A DNA stretch of 64,000 nt from a virus (taxonomy: Duplodnaviria; Caudoviricetes). Position 1 is the stretch's first letter; each line of letters opens with the position of its first letter. This document shows positions 10,944 to 21,145 of this stretch, in pieces. The stretch covers positions 32,001 through 96,000 of the IMG/VR virus record IMGVR_UViG_3300010163_000006; one strand, 5' to 3'. A program made the translations under genes and the position numbers. The notes under the pieces are model-generated. The model saw only the letters and a program-made list of their open reading frames with translations. It had not been told where the DNA came from and did no database searches.

Positions 10944-11801
10944 TTAATACCAATTCGACGTTTGATAACCTCCTAAATGATCCGATACATTCATTGCCGC
11001 ATCATATAAGTCAGGTGCATCAGGATTGGTATCATACTTAATATACTTGGGATCAACAGGATGTTCTTCGAACTCATCCTTCATGATTATGCCAGTAGCA
11101 TTATTGAATAATCTCATTCTTTCATTGTTAGATATTCTGGCTCTTAATTCTCTATCCTCGTATTCCTTTTTACATTTAGAACACCGATATCTCGAGAAAT
11201 CTCCCCCTACAAACTCCATTGCTTGGTTGCCACATATACATTTGAAGATGTCTATAGACACCGGGAACACATATGCGTAATCAATACATACAGGTCGACC
11301 TCCGGGAGCCAAACCCCAGTTTGCAAAGTTCTTACCAGTAATGCCAACATCTCCCAACAGAAATCTTTTACCCCAATCAGAGAGTATATTACTAATAGCC
11401 GATCTATGATTGTACATCTCTTGGGCGGATGTAAAAGCAGGACAGTAGGAGGCCACCAATAAGTGACCTCCTTTGCTTATTTCATGCGCATATGCAACAT
11501 TCGGCATCAGCGATTCACATACTGCATATTCCTGCATATTATCCGCTATGCCCTCTCGATCTAACGCGATTTTGAGGGCATAGCCGTCGTACTTTACAAT
11601 GAATCGGTTAGTACCTGTACCTATATCAAGCCATTCGATTTTATAATCATCAAGTAATTTGATGACCCTCTCTTTTCGAGAAGTTGCTCTCATGCCTTTC
11701 TGAAGAGGTATCTCTCCAACTTCATCTTTGAAATCCGGGGGGAGACTATTTAAACGAGACCTGAACGTTCGAATGTACTCCGACGTTACTGTTTCCGCCA
11801 T
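10944..11801 (-). CDS. Atypical protein-kinase-like protein with C-terminal Zn ribbon
   Basis: Gly loop IGTGTNR, beta3 Lys ALKIA, alphaC Glu NMQEY, catalytic loop GDVGITGKNFANWG, DFG-like CIDYA, then CICG...CSKC. Confidence 0.65.
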   Translation of the reverse strand: MAETVTSEYIRTFRSRLNSLPPDFKDEVGEIPLQKGMRATSRKERVIKLLDDYKIEWLDIGTGTNRFIVKYDGYALKIALDREGIADNMQEYAVCESLMPNVAYAHEISKGGHLLVASYCPAFTSAQEMYNHRSAISNILSDWGKRFLLGDVGITGKNFANWGLAPGGRPVCIDYAYVFPVSIDIFKCICGNQAMEFVGGDFSRYRCSKCKKEYEDRELRARISNNERMRLFNNATGIIMKDEFEEHPVDPKYIKYDTNPDAPDLYDAAMNVSDHLGGYQTSNWY

Positions 11802-11827
11802 TTAAATTCACACCCTTTACTGTTATA

Positions 11828-12532
11828 TCAGCGCTGATAAGACCAGTTTTCCATTGCCTTGTCCTTCCAGTTCATGGGAGCTGTCGGGAAAGGCTGAATC
11901 TGATACTGATTCATACAGAACTGGTTTGGACCGTAACAGTTCTGCTGCTGTTGCTGCTGTTCTCTCCAGTTGATAGTCGGCATCGGATAAGGTCTGTTCT
12001 GAGTATAGTAGTTGTCCCAGCTGTTACGTTTGTCGAATCCGAATGAATTATTATTGTACAACGCCAGGGTATTTGTATCAGGACCATAATAATAGTTTCC
12101 ATATGGATTCTGATCAAAGTACATCGGCGGCTGCTGAGGAGCAGGTGTTGTGGGATTGAAACCATTCATCGCCGGTGCCTGGGGTTTTGCCCAAGGGTTG
12201 TTCTGATTGGGCATCTGATTCGGAATGTTTCTTCTACTCTCAATTGCCGCATTAAGACCTCCGGGCTGTGCCATCGGTGAAGGCGGATAAGAAGAGAATG
12301 GTTGTACAGCCTGCTCAGGAACGGTAGATTGTGTCTGACCAAACTGAGCGAAGGGATTCGGAGCAGCCGGGTTTACAGGATTCATCATATTTCTTCTGGA
12401 GCCATCATTATAGCATCCTGAAGGATTGCCGGAGAATCCACCCCAGAAATACATGTCATTCCTTGGTGTGTTCTGATAGGTGTGCTGGAGGAAACCAGCA
12501 CCCTGATCTGTTGGGTAATCGGGATTATACAT
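11828..12532 (-). CDS. Low-complexity N/Q/P/Y-rich (prion-like) protein
   Basis: 234 aa, AAGGAGG RBS, few charged or aliphatic residues; two SRRN motifs. Confidence 0.7.
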   Translation of the reverse strand: MYNPDYPTDQGAGFLQHTYQNTPRNDMYFWGGFSGNPSGCYNDGSRRNMMNPVNPAAPNPFAQFGQTQSTVPEQAVQPFSSYPPSPMAQPGGLNAAIESRRNIPNQMPNQNNPWAKPQAPAMNGFNPTTPAPQQPPMYFDQNPYGNYYYGPDTNTLALYNNNSFGFDKRNSWDNYYTQNRPYPMPTINWREQQQQQQNCYGPNQFCMNQYQIQPFPTAPMNWKDKAMENWSYQR

Positions 12533-12553
12533 TTTAAATTCCTCCTTAAGATT

Positions 12554-13186
12554 TTAATGATACATCGATGATATCAGCTGTGAAATTACAGTGAGATCCT
12601 CGAATACCGACTCGGGTGTTGTGGACCTGGAAAGATCCCATTTTGTTCTCAGACACATAAAGTCATCATTAATACGCTGAATGTGACCGATGCTACAGAG
12701 AACATTGTTCGTGGGTACGAGATTTGTCATATAACGCGGTGGGATATATAATCCAGCGAAGCATGTTTCAACTTCTGTTACATGACATTTTCCAGAAACG
12801 TTAATGTCGAATATACCGTCCCTAACAATTCCGAAGTACTGCTCCATTGTTGCAAGAACATCGAAGAGGTTGTTAAGAGCGATAGTCACTTGTGACCGAG
12901 GAACGGGGAGAGTTATAACCCAAAAACCATCAGGCTTATCCATCTTTGTCTCTCTGATGAGACAACCCTTTCCTCTGAGAAATCCGAGGTTCGCATCGAT
13001 ATAACGAATACGATCCGAGGGATTTGTGCTGTAAGCCTGTGTGTCTGTACACAATACCTTGAAACCGATAAACGGCTCTTTCTGGATTGCATACGGAACA
13101 TAGGTCTGCATCACAATAGACGAGTAATCGACCGGTTCCTCCGGGCTGAGAACTCTGGATTGATACTGGGAAACCAGCATGTTCAT
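12554..13186 (-). CDS. Hypothetical protein
   Basis: 210-aa ORF, AAGGAGG RBS, first gene after promoter-like motif 13245-13256. Confidence 0.7.
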   Translation of the reverse strand: MNMLVSQYQSRVLSPEEPVDYSSIVMQTYVPYAIQKEPFIGFKVLCTDTQAYSTNPSDRIRYIDANLGFLRGKGCLIRETKMDKPDGFWVITLPVPRSQVTIALNNLFDVLATMEQYFGIVRDGIFDINVSGKCHVTEVETCFAGLYIPPRYMTNLVPTNNVLCSIGHIQRINDDFMCLRTKWDLSRSTTPESVFEDLTVISQLISSMYH

Positions 13187-13291
13187 GTGTAAATCCTCCT
13201 TTATGATAATATGGAGAAGATACTCTGTTGTATCTTCTCCATCGAAATTATATATGTCTTCAAAATAATTTATATTGAAGCCACATGTAGT

Positions 13292-13545
13292 CTATACTGC
13301 GGCAGTATAATTTATTCTCTGCTGTCCAAAGAAGATTGGTATTGATATACTTACATTTTCCATGATGTCGTCCTTCAATGCAAATGACTGTGGTGATAAG
13401 AATGGATGTCTAATAGCTGTTATTGAACTATCTGTGCTTTGATCAAGGTCTCTCTGTTTTGCTGCTTTAATCATTAATGATTTTACTTCACCATTATTCT
13501 CAATATTTATCAAAGCAATAAAATCGGCAACTTCCTGAATTTCCC
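13292..13545 (-). CDS. dnaB: DnaB-like helicase, exon 2
   Basis: Splicing gives ...GQIGSA-W-EIQEVADFIALINIE..., restoring DnaB motif H4; spliced product 498 aa. Confidence 0.85.
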
Positions 13546-14695
13546 CATTGTCTTCACATGGGTCGTTACTCCATGCAGTTCTCTTATGAACTTCTCTGTC
13601 ATTACAACAGAAGATGAGACTATATCACGATCTCATTATGAGACCCCTTTCATTTCGCTTTAATCGGGAATTACTGGATTATTACTCCACACCCGAACCA
13701 CTTGGCGCTACTCTACTCCTTTCGGACTTATGTCCTTATTCCAATCAATATGATTGAGTTAGTTTCGATAGTCGTTGAACCTTATAATTTTAATCCATGT
13801 TTCTTGAATATCTTATGAGATACTCCTGTTCTGGCATTACCATCTCGAATGTTTCGGATTATATTCTTATCAATAACAATGCCTTCTGATACAAGATCGT
13901 CATATACACCATCTATATCACAATCGTCCAATATGAGATACTCACATATCAAACTTACGTGCTCATCAGAAATTCTATCTATTTCTGATATAGATTCGCG
14001 TGTAAAATATTCGTCAGAAATCCAGCTCCAAATTTTCTTGTATTTTATGTCATGGATCCTACCAATATTTGTTTTAACACCAAATATTGGTATTGTGTGA
14101 AAAGTCTTAATACAATTACCGCAATAATATACTAACAACATGCATATTGTCCTAACACTCTCTTCATCAAGATTTGTATTTCCATTTCTCGATCCTCTCA
14201 TTATGGGTATTAGTCCATTAGCAAAACCGCGTCTAACATTTTCTGTTCTGGTAACCCATTCAAGATTAGATGGTTTGTTATTATTTTTATTCCCATCGAT
14301 GTGATCAACTTCGTTTTTCACATTCGTTCTTCCATTCACAAAATGAACAGCAACGACACGATGAGTTTTGATAGATCGGCTTTTGCCGTCCGAACATCTA
14401 AAGAGAGTCATGAGATAACCTTTCTCCGAAGGACATTGGGTCATAATATGACCTGTCAATTTATTTCGGATTCTCCCCATGTTAGACACTTGATACATGT
14501 CGGGTTTTATATTACGATATTCGACATCTTTCCATATTTCCTCCATAATAATCACCACCTTTGTGTTTATTATATCGGATTAAAATTATCTTGGCTGCTG
14601 ATCTCCTGCTACGTCATCCCGACGTTACTTTACGGAGTCCCAGACAATTAAAAAGGTTTGCTTAGTAACTCACGCTACTAAGGCGCCGGTAATTA
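13546..14695 (-). mobile_element. Group I self-splicing intron (1150 nt) in dnaB, carrying an HNH ORF
   Basis: 5' exon ends in U (GCG T), intron starts UAA and ends in omega-G; core R element GUUCAACGACUA and S element GAUAUAGUC (P7 GACUA/UAGUC); in-frame rejoining. Confidence 0.9.
13782..14558 (-). CDS. Intron-encoded NUMOD4-HNH homing endonuclease
   Basis: YQVSNMGRIRN, KTHRVVAVHF, VDHIDGNKNNNKPSNLEW; stop codon abuts the intron R element. Confidence 0.9.
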   Translation of the reverse strand: MVIIMEEIWKDVEYRNIKPDMYQVSNMGRIRNKLTGHIMTQCPSEKGYLMTLFRCSDGKSRSIKTHRVVAVHFVNGRTNVKNEVDHIDGNKNNNKPSNLEWVTRTENVRRGFANGLIPIMRGSRNGNTNLDEESVRTICMLLVYYCGNCIKTFHTIPIFGVKTNIGRIHDIKYKKIWSWISDEYFTRESISEIDRISDEHVSLICEYLILDDCDIDGVYDDLVSEGIVIDKNIIRNIRDGNARTGVSHKIFKKHGLKL

Positions 14696-15938
14696 ACGCA
14701 CTACCAATTTGGCCCCGAGACAATGCTTGATCGGTTTTGTTAAACCCACCATTTTTGACGATATCATCTACCTGTTTTGCAGCTTCTCTATTGAGCTGAT
14801 GACCTGTTATGATCGGAATATTAAACTCTGCCGCAACATTCTTCAATTCATTCATGATTGCATGAAGCTCTGTTTTCTCAGACGCGGTTGCAGCAGCATC
14901 TGTACGACCTGGTCTGATACGTTTAATATAGTCCAAGAACACCGCAACGACTTGATTCTCATCATTATTATATGATCGGATTATCGCTTCAAGATCCTTT
15001 GTGGACTTTTCACGATATCCGTAATAAAGAATAACAGAACGCATTCCTTTGGAGGCAAGTTCATTATTCATCATCTCACAGATTTCATCAACAGAAAACA
15101 TTGACATATCTGCAGTGGGGAATAGTATACTCCATAGACGACGTATTGTTTGAACCATTGTATTCTCCATTGAGATATACATGGAAATCGGCGTCTTTCC
15201 ATTTGTGGTATTTTTAATGTGTTCATTATATTTAAGGGTGTCAACATGTCCCTTGAGTAAGATACCAGATTTATAGTTACCCGGAAGACCTGCATAGACA
15301 TATAAACATCCAGACAGATATCCGGGAGAAAGAAGGTTGTTAAGTGCTCGGATTCCTGTTATAATACATTTATCAGGAGCTCGAGCATCTTTTGCATCAG
15401 CCACGACAATTTTCATTCCTTCTGGGTCAGAAGAATCGAACGAATGGGATACTGTAGTTATATTGGCTGACTCATATGCTTTTACTATTTCTTTAGAAAC
15501 AGTATATATCCGTTCAAGATGATCATGAAGATCCTCGGGTTCATCATCTGAATTGATGATGTCTATTGTCTTTATGAATCCATCAGTAGCTTTTAGCACA
15601 CCTGCAAACTTTACATAGTCTGACAATACTTGACAGAGCTTTGTACACTCTGATTGAGTTGTTATTGTTGGATTATGCATCAAGAACGTAATATTCTCAA
15701 TGATTTCTTGTTCTTCTCCTTCATCACGCATAACTTCCAATATGAGATTGATATTGTTAATATTCTTCTCAATAAAACTTATGACCCTATGTGCAACGAG
15801 ACAATATACTGATTTAGATGGATATACTGACAGTACCCGTGAAAATAGTACAATCATTTGAGACGTTCTTAAATTGTTTTTTGGGTTACAAAGAATGGAA
15901 GCAATATCTTTATAAATTGCATTTCGCAAAGTCTTCAT
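14696..15938 (-). CDS. dnaB: DnaB-like replicative helicase, exon 1
   Basis: Walker A GLPGNYKS, YISMEN (H1a), VFLDYI (Walker B), IITGHQLNR (H3). Confidence 0.9.
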
Positions 15939-16038
15939 GAAACCGTCGTCCTTTCAATGATTTCTAAGTAGTATTATGCTGTTGTCGGACGATTTTGATT
16001 TAAAGCCGGGGATTATCCCCGGCTTAATTATCAATATA

Positions 16039-17796
16039 TTATTGCCTCGTATAATGACCTTCATCATTTACAGCAGGAAGGATGTGTGCATCGAATACGA
16101 GAGCACGGCTCGTGAGAAGGTATTTAACAATTGACAACGATGCCGCAACTACCTCGAGATCATATTGTGCCGATGTAGGTAACTTCTGGCCAGGAAGGGA
16201 TGCATTACAAATGATATCGAATGACGTAAATTTACCATTTGAATAGTGGTCAGATCTTTGTTTGTCACGCGAATAGTTGCATTTATCACCGTATTTGGAT
16301 TGCCAAATATCATCGAACAATCCTTCGATTGAAAGTTCGATTGCGTTGATAACTGCATCAAGATCACCATGTGTCTCGTTGGCAAATGATCGCATCTGTC
16401 TCATTCTCGTATATGCATATTTGAGGAGATTCGGAACGATACCACTGGTAATCGCAGAATTAACGATTGAAATACAGTCATCGATCTTGTCAGTGATGAG
16501 CTTTGCCTCAAGTGTTGATCCACACTTAACTGTCAACATAGTGTCCTTTGTTTCCATCTTAAGTGCTTTTATTCTGTCATTGTATTCTTTTTCCTTAAGA
16601 TACGAATGTGTTGTATCTGCATCGAGTTCCGCTTTAAGGGTATTGATATATTGATCAACATATTCATCTCCTACCTCATAAAATGCAAGACAGTTTCCTT
16701 TGAACACGCTGACAATAACCATCGGAAGTTCAGCATGGTCAACAACCCCAGCATGGATATCAAATGCCTTGGTGCCGAGAAGATGTGCAAGGTCCTGGAT
16801 TTCGTGCTGAACATATGTTCCTTGCACTTCTGCAAGATAGATGTTGTTGACGCCATCACTCTTACCACACTTCTTTGCCATCTGGAGTTGTTTCAGATGA
16901 AGCACCCATTCGTTGGATAAAAAGCCTCGAGTAAATGTCCTTGCAAGGATGATCGTAGGATAACCGTCATAATCCTGGGTGAAGTTTATCCAGTCAGTAC
17001 TTCCGAATGCATGGTCATATATAGCACAACGTATCTGTGCCGGATTAGCGAGTTTGTTTGCTTCTTCAACACCGATGTTGACTCTCACGCGGTAATCCCC
17101 AGGCATGTACTCGAATGAATATGTTGCATTTGAATCTGCATCAAGAGATACATCCTCATTAGTAATTACATTACGAACACTGAGAACTTCTCCTGTATTG
17201 GGATCTACCTCCGGTTGAAGTGCTTCAACGATAACCGATGTGAGTTCATAATCGTAATTCGATGAGAGTGAGATGATTTGCTGCAGAGCGTATCTCGTAA
17301 GCGGTTCGATGTCTTTCAGCTCTCTACCTTTAGCAAGGAGATCTTTGTCCTGCAGCTTCTTCTCGATAAACAAGAGAATGTCAAGGATGTTTCTCTTATC
17401 GTCAGGAGTCTTGATAATATCGTTGAGATTGTTGAAGATCTTGTCTGCCAACAGAATACATGATGTTGTACCATCACCGACATTACGATTTACTCTATCG
17501 ATGATCTTCTGGATTGCCAGATAAACCATCCGCTTATAAGCATGATTGAATCCCATAGATTGGAATACGTTATAACCATCCTTAGTCGTCGTTGTCTCAG
17601 ACTGTTCAGATATGATAACTGACGAACCATACGGACCGTATGTCGAACGTAACACATCCGAGATCGTTTTGAACGTGTCACTGACAAGCCGTTTAAACGC
17701 CTCTTCAGGAATTACGTTAATATTGTTTTCATGGGAGTATTGAGTGTAATCGAAGACTCTCGAATACCCAGCAAGCTCCATTTCTTCATTAGTCAT
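16039..17796 (-). CDS. groEL: GroEL/cpn60-like phage chaperonin
   Basis: STYGPYG, TTKDGYNV, VGDGTTS motifs; 585 aa. Confidence 0.9.
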   Translation of the reverse strand: MTNEEMELAGYSRVFDYTQYSHENNINVIPEEAFKRLVSDTFKTISDVLRSTYGPYGSSVIISEQSETTTTKDGYNVFQSMGFNHAYKRMVYLAIQKIIDRVNRNVGDGTTSCILLADKIFNNLNDIIKTPDDKRNILDILLFIEKKLQDKDLLAKGRELKDIEPLTRYALQQIISLSSNYDYELTSVIVEALQPEVDPNTGEVLSVRNVITNEDVSLDADSNATYSFEYMPGDYRVRVNIGVEEANKLANPAQIRCAIYDHAFGSTDWINFTQDYDGYPTIILARTFTRGFLSNEWVLHLKQLQMAKKCGKSDGVNNIYLAEVQGTYVQHEIQDLAHLLGTKAFDIHAGVVDHAELPMVIVSVFKGNCLAFYEVGDEYVDQYINTLKAELDADTTHSYLKEKEYNDRIKALKMETKDTMLTVKCGSTLEAKLITDKIDDCISIVNSAITSGIVPNLLKYAYTRMRQMRSFANETHGDLDAVINAIELSIEGLFDDIWQSKYGDKCNYSRDKQRSDHYSNGKFTSFDIICNASLPGQKLPTSAQYDLEVVAASLSIVKYLLTSRALVFDAHILPAVNDEGHYTRQ

Positions 17797-18440
17797 TTTT
17801 TCAATTTCTCCTTTTCCGCTAATATATTAAAGCCCTCTGTTTGTAATTTGTATCTGATAACCATATCTGTTGGGGAATTGGGTACTTTGATATGTCCTTT
17901 GTAATCGGCATATATATCGACACCCATCGTTACTCTAACCACATCATATGCAATTGTAGATTGAAGGTTATACAATGCCGTCAGAGCTTCGTTGAGTTGA
18001 TACATGATAAATTCTTCAACAATTTCATGTGTCTTATTATATATTTCTTCCGATGACATTTCCGACAATTCTTCATGAGAAAATCTTTCAAACAATTTTG
18101 CTTTTGCCGCAGAAACATACATTTCTTCAAGTTGGTTCTGATTGCGCATCGCATCATGAAAGTGAAAGATTTTCTTTGAAAGAGTATCGAGGGCTTGTGC
18201 AACTGTGGTTATATTTGAAGGCATCGAGTATTTGTTATTTGTATAAATATCAAATAGAGAACGCAGTCTTTTAATTATTGATTTTGCATCAATAAAATCT
18301 TTATCAGACATCTCAGTCCCTGAAGTCAACAGTTGACCGAGATTATCACAATTCCTATCGATTTCATTAACCACGTTCTCGAATATTGATATGTCCTGTA
18401 ATTCCTTCTTTTTTACTAATCTGAGTCTATAACCGAACAT
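17793..18440 (-). CDS. Hypothetical protein
   Basis: 215-aa ORF overlapping the start of the chaperonin gene. Confidence 0.65.
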   Translation of the reverse strand: MFGYRLRLVKKKELQDISIFENVVNEIDRNCDNLGQLLTSGTEMSDKDFIDAKSIIKRLRSLFDIYTNNKYSMPSNITTVAQALDTLSKKIFHFHDAMRNQNQLEEMYVSAAKAKLFERFSHEELSEMSSEEIYNKTHEIVEEFIMYQLNEALTALYNLQSTIAYDVVRVTMGVDIYADYKGHIKVPNSPTDMVIRYKLQTEGFNILAEKEKLKK

Positions 18441-19543
18441 AATGATGGTCCCTTTATATTATTAACAAGCGTGATGTTGTTAGAATTTTTGATAATGGAG
18501 TACTTATCTCCTGCAGTAAGTGGTTTATCCAATATCAGGATGAGTTTGTTGAACCGATGATATTTTACTGAATAAGGTGTTATTATATTAGCAGGTTCAA
18601 CGCGTATAGTACCTCGTTTTGTTAACGAATATGGTATGTCATTATCATATTCAACATCGACCCCGCAAACTGTCTTAGAATTATATATCCTAAGTTGCAT
18701 CAGTGGATTAGATGATGGATTAGTTATAACAAGAAGTGAACGGCTTGTAAGGGCATGCCTTCTGTCATCATTAATTGCTCCAACAGAAACCATTCCTTCA
18801 GCAATAGAACCAGGACTGATCAAAACCTTCTGATTTTTCCGGAAAGGTGCATCCTTCTGCTTTTTAATGACATCCTCGTACAAGACCCAATCATTAGTAA
18901 CATACTGGTTGTCATCGATTTTACCAACAGATCTTCGGTTTATCTTACTTATTTCGGTAATCGTTCCACGAACCTTACGATCTACTGCTCTTGATTGGAA
19001 CCCATATACAGATCGAGCTAATGCAATCATCGGTGAAACTTTCTCAAGATGATCAACCAACACCGGCATATCTACGAATGATGACAGATATGCTCTTTCC
19101 AGTGGATCTACCACATGTATGATTTTTCCACTGAATTGGTGAGATAAGTGCTCATTAAAACCTGAAGGTATGAGATGTGAATTGAAAATCACAATCACAT
19201 CATACTGAGCAAGTAGTTTTGTATTTACCCTGTACATACTTTCAGGTTCAGGATTACAAATTCGCGGGCTCCATGGATCAATCGGTTTAAACCCGTCAAC
19301 AATCTCTTCTATCATTATATCGGCATAAAACAGAACATTGTTAAGAGGTTCTTTCATCAATCCGATATAATCCTGACAACCATTGAGAACCAGTATCTTG
19401 GAGAATGGAGTTGTTTTAATAGCGGAATCGAGGGTATACTTTTCGATTTGTGTACCTGCTATACCACCAACAATTGTTTCGTGACTGCTACTATCAAAGA
19501 ACTGATCCAGATAGTCAATCATTTCATTTATTTCGTATATCAT
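18416..19543 (-). CDS. Degenerate SF1 (Dda/RecD-like) helicase homolog, probably inactive
   Basis: Motif order retained but key residues lost: GIAGTQI (Walker A), VIVIFN (Walker B), VVDP (III), YVTND (IV), ANIITPY (V), KYSIIKNS (VI). Confidence 0.55.
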   Translation of the reverse strand: MIYEINEMIDYLDQFFDSSSHETIVGGIAGTQIEKYTLDSAIKTTPFSKILVLNGCQDYIGLMKEPLNNVLFYADIMIEEIVDGFKPIDPWSPRICNPEPESMYRVNTKLLAQYDVIVIFNSHLIPSGFNEHLSHQFSGKIIHVVDPLERAYLSSFVDMPVLVDHLEKVSPMIALARSVYGFQSRAVDRKVRGTITEISKINRRSVGKIDDNQYVTNDWVLYEDVIKKQKDAPFRKNQKVLISPGSIAEGMVSVGAINDDRRHALTSRSLLVITNPSSNPLMQLRIYNSKTVCGVDVEYDNDIPYSLTKRGTIRVEPANIITPYSVKYHRFNKLILILDKPLTAGDKYSIIKNSNNITLVNNIKGPSLCSVIDSD

Positions 19544-19609
19544 AAAATCCTCCATAAGATATAATACATGAGGGGAACGAATCCCCCTCATGTACCATTA
19601 TTAGATTGA

Positions 19610-20254
19610 TCAGCTGTTGAATACAGCATTCAATGAAATACCCGAAGAACCTGATACAGCATGTCTTTTGCTCGTTACAACGACTTCCCATCTGATTGTA
19701 TCAGAGGTTGTGCCGTAAACAGCAACGACTGCCATCTCGCCGTCAACCTTGTTTGATGAAGGATCTGCGAGCATGTCTTTGATGATCATCTCAGGTCTGA
19801 GATATACACCGTAGAGATTGGCAGCCGGACAGTACTTGAGATCCTGATTCATGATAATATCATTGAGACGCTCTCCATACAGGCCGAGCTGATAAAGTCT
19901 CTCAAGAGATTCTGTATTACTGAGGACATCCTTGGTTGACTCGGGATACATAAAGGGCTTCAATACATCCATAACATCGCCATTGAATTCGATGTCTGCC
20001 GCATTGGCCTCGAGTACGCGATCGAAGTAACCCTTAGGTCCACTCTTAACAACAATGTCCTCAGGATAGATTGCTGCTCTCATACGAACGTAGCAGATCT
20101 CCGGAAAAGGACCTGTCCAACGTGTGAAGTCATATGCAGCCAGGTCAAAGCCGAGCTGATCACGAAGATATCTGACAATGTCTGAACCAGAGATGACGAA
20201 TCTCTCAACAGGTACCTGCTTGATACCCGCCTTGTTTGAAACTGAATTTGCCAT
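19610..20254 (-). CDS. Hypothetical protein
   Basis: 214-aa ORF, AGGAGG RBS, hairpin 19565-19594 downstream. Confidence 0.7.
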   Translation of the reverse strand: MANSVSNKAGIKQVPVERFVISGSDIVRYLRDQLGFDLAAYDFTRWTGPFPEICYVRMRAAIYPEDIVVKSGPKGYFDRVLEANAADIEFNGDVMDVLKPFMYPESTKDVLSNTESLERLYQLGLYGERLNDIIMNQDLKYCPAANLYGVYLRPEMIIKDMLADPSSNKVDGEMAVVAVYGTTSDTIRWEVVVTSKRHAVSGSSGISLNAVFNS

Positions 20255-20272
20255 TGAAAATTCCTCCTATAA

Positions 20273-20620
20273 TTAATTTTGTATACAAATGTAAGCCGAC
20301 AGTACTTTTATTATTGACTGCTGACTTGCGTCCAATCTGTTTGGATATTCTGAGAAAATACCCATCGACAATTCGTAGATAATTCCATCAGGAATTTCTC
20401 CATCAACGAGATTGTTTTTCAGGATATCTTCATAATCCTCTTCTTCAAATGTCATTTCAACGAATGGCACATTGATAGAGTCGAATATCTTTCTCTTTGG
20501 TTTCATGATTTGAATCATTGCGTCAGTTGACTGCTTGTATCTGTCAGGGACCTCACTGAGTGCAACAGATTCAAATCCAACGTCTGTTGTCTTACTCTTA
20601 CAGAATTCGAGGAAGTTCAT
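20273..20620 (-). CDS. Hypothetical protein
   Basis: 115-aa ORF directly after the upstream stop; AAGGAGG RBS. Confidence 0.65.
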   Translation of the reverse strand: MNFLEFCKSKTTDVGFESVALSEVPDRYKQSTDAMIQIMKPKRKIFDSINVPFVEMTFEEEDYEDILKNNLVDGEIPDGIIYELSMGIFSEYPNRLDASQQSIIKVLSAYICIQN

Positions 20621-21028
20621 TTATCCCCACGCTCCTCCTTGCGGTCTATTTGGCATTGAGGGCATTACACCCATGCCAGTCGCGGTACCATAACCAGGGT
20701 TGGTGAATCCTTCATAACCACCATAGTTGTTCATTCTGTTGTTCATGAAGAAACCGGATCCGTGACTGTTATAACCACCATACGTCGAATACGGATTCTG
20801 TGTTTGATATGGTCCAGAGTCTCCGTAACCGTAACCGTATGTCACCGGTTGTGCATAACCGCCACCCATCTGGGGTTGGTTGGGAACATTCCTTCTCGAA
20901 TCTCCCATGAACTGTCTTACATCGTTGATACCGGCTGTCACCGCACCAATGGTATTCTGGGCTGCATTAAGAGCAGCGTTCGCACCACTGAACAGCATGT
21001 CCATATCAAGTTTCTGATTGTCTGCCAT
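20621..21028 (-). CDS. Low-complexity G/Y/N/M-rich (prion-like) protein
   Basis: AAGGAGG RBS before MADNQ; GDSRRNVPNQ motif then G/Y/N/Q-rich tail. Confidence 0.7.
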   Translation of the reverse strand: MADNQKLDMDMLFSGANAALNAAQNTIGAVTAGINDVRQFMGDSRRNVPNQPQMGGGYAQPVTYGYGYGDSGPYQTQNPYSTYGGYNSHGSGFFMNNRMNNYGGYEGFTNPGYGTATGMGVMPSMPNRPQGGAWG

Positions 21029-21145
21029 TTTAATTCCTCCTTTATCGTTTCCATGAAATGTATCGAACAATGATTCCTTATCTAAGGATCGCTCGATATA
21101 TTTCTACAATATGAGTACATATCGGTTCCCTCCTATCTATTTTTA

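Noticed and set aside
13292-13513. 73-aa stand-alone ORF, with dnaB as a truncated pseudogene
   Set aside because: Explained as dnaB exon 2 after group I intron splicing.
15973-15984. AACA-N6-TA (AR9 late-promoter-like) upstream of dnaB, and similar motifs elsewhere
   Set aside because: Short and AT-rich, with inconsistent spacing between candidate sites; cannot be supported by eye.
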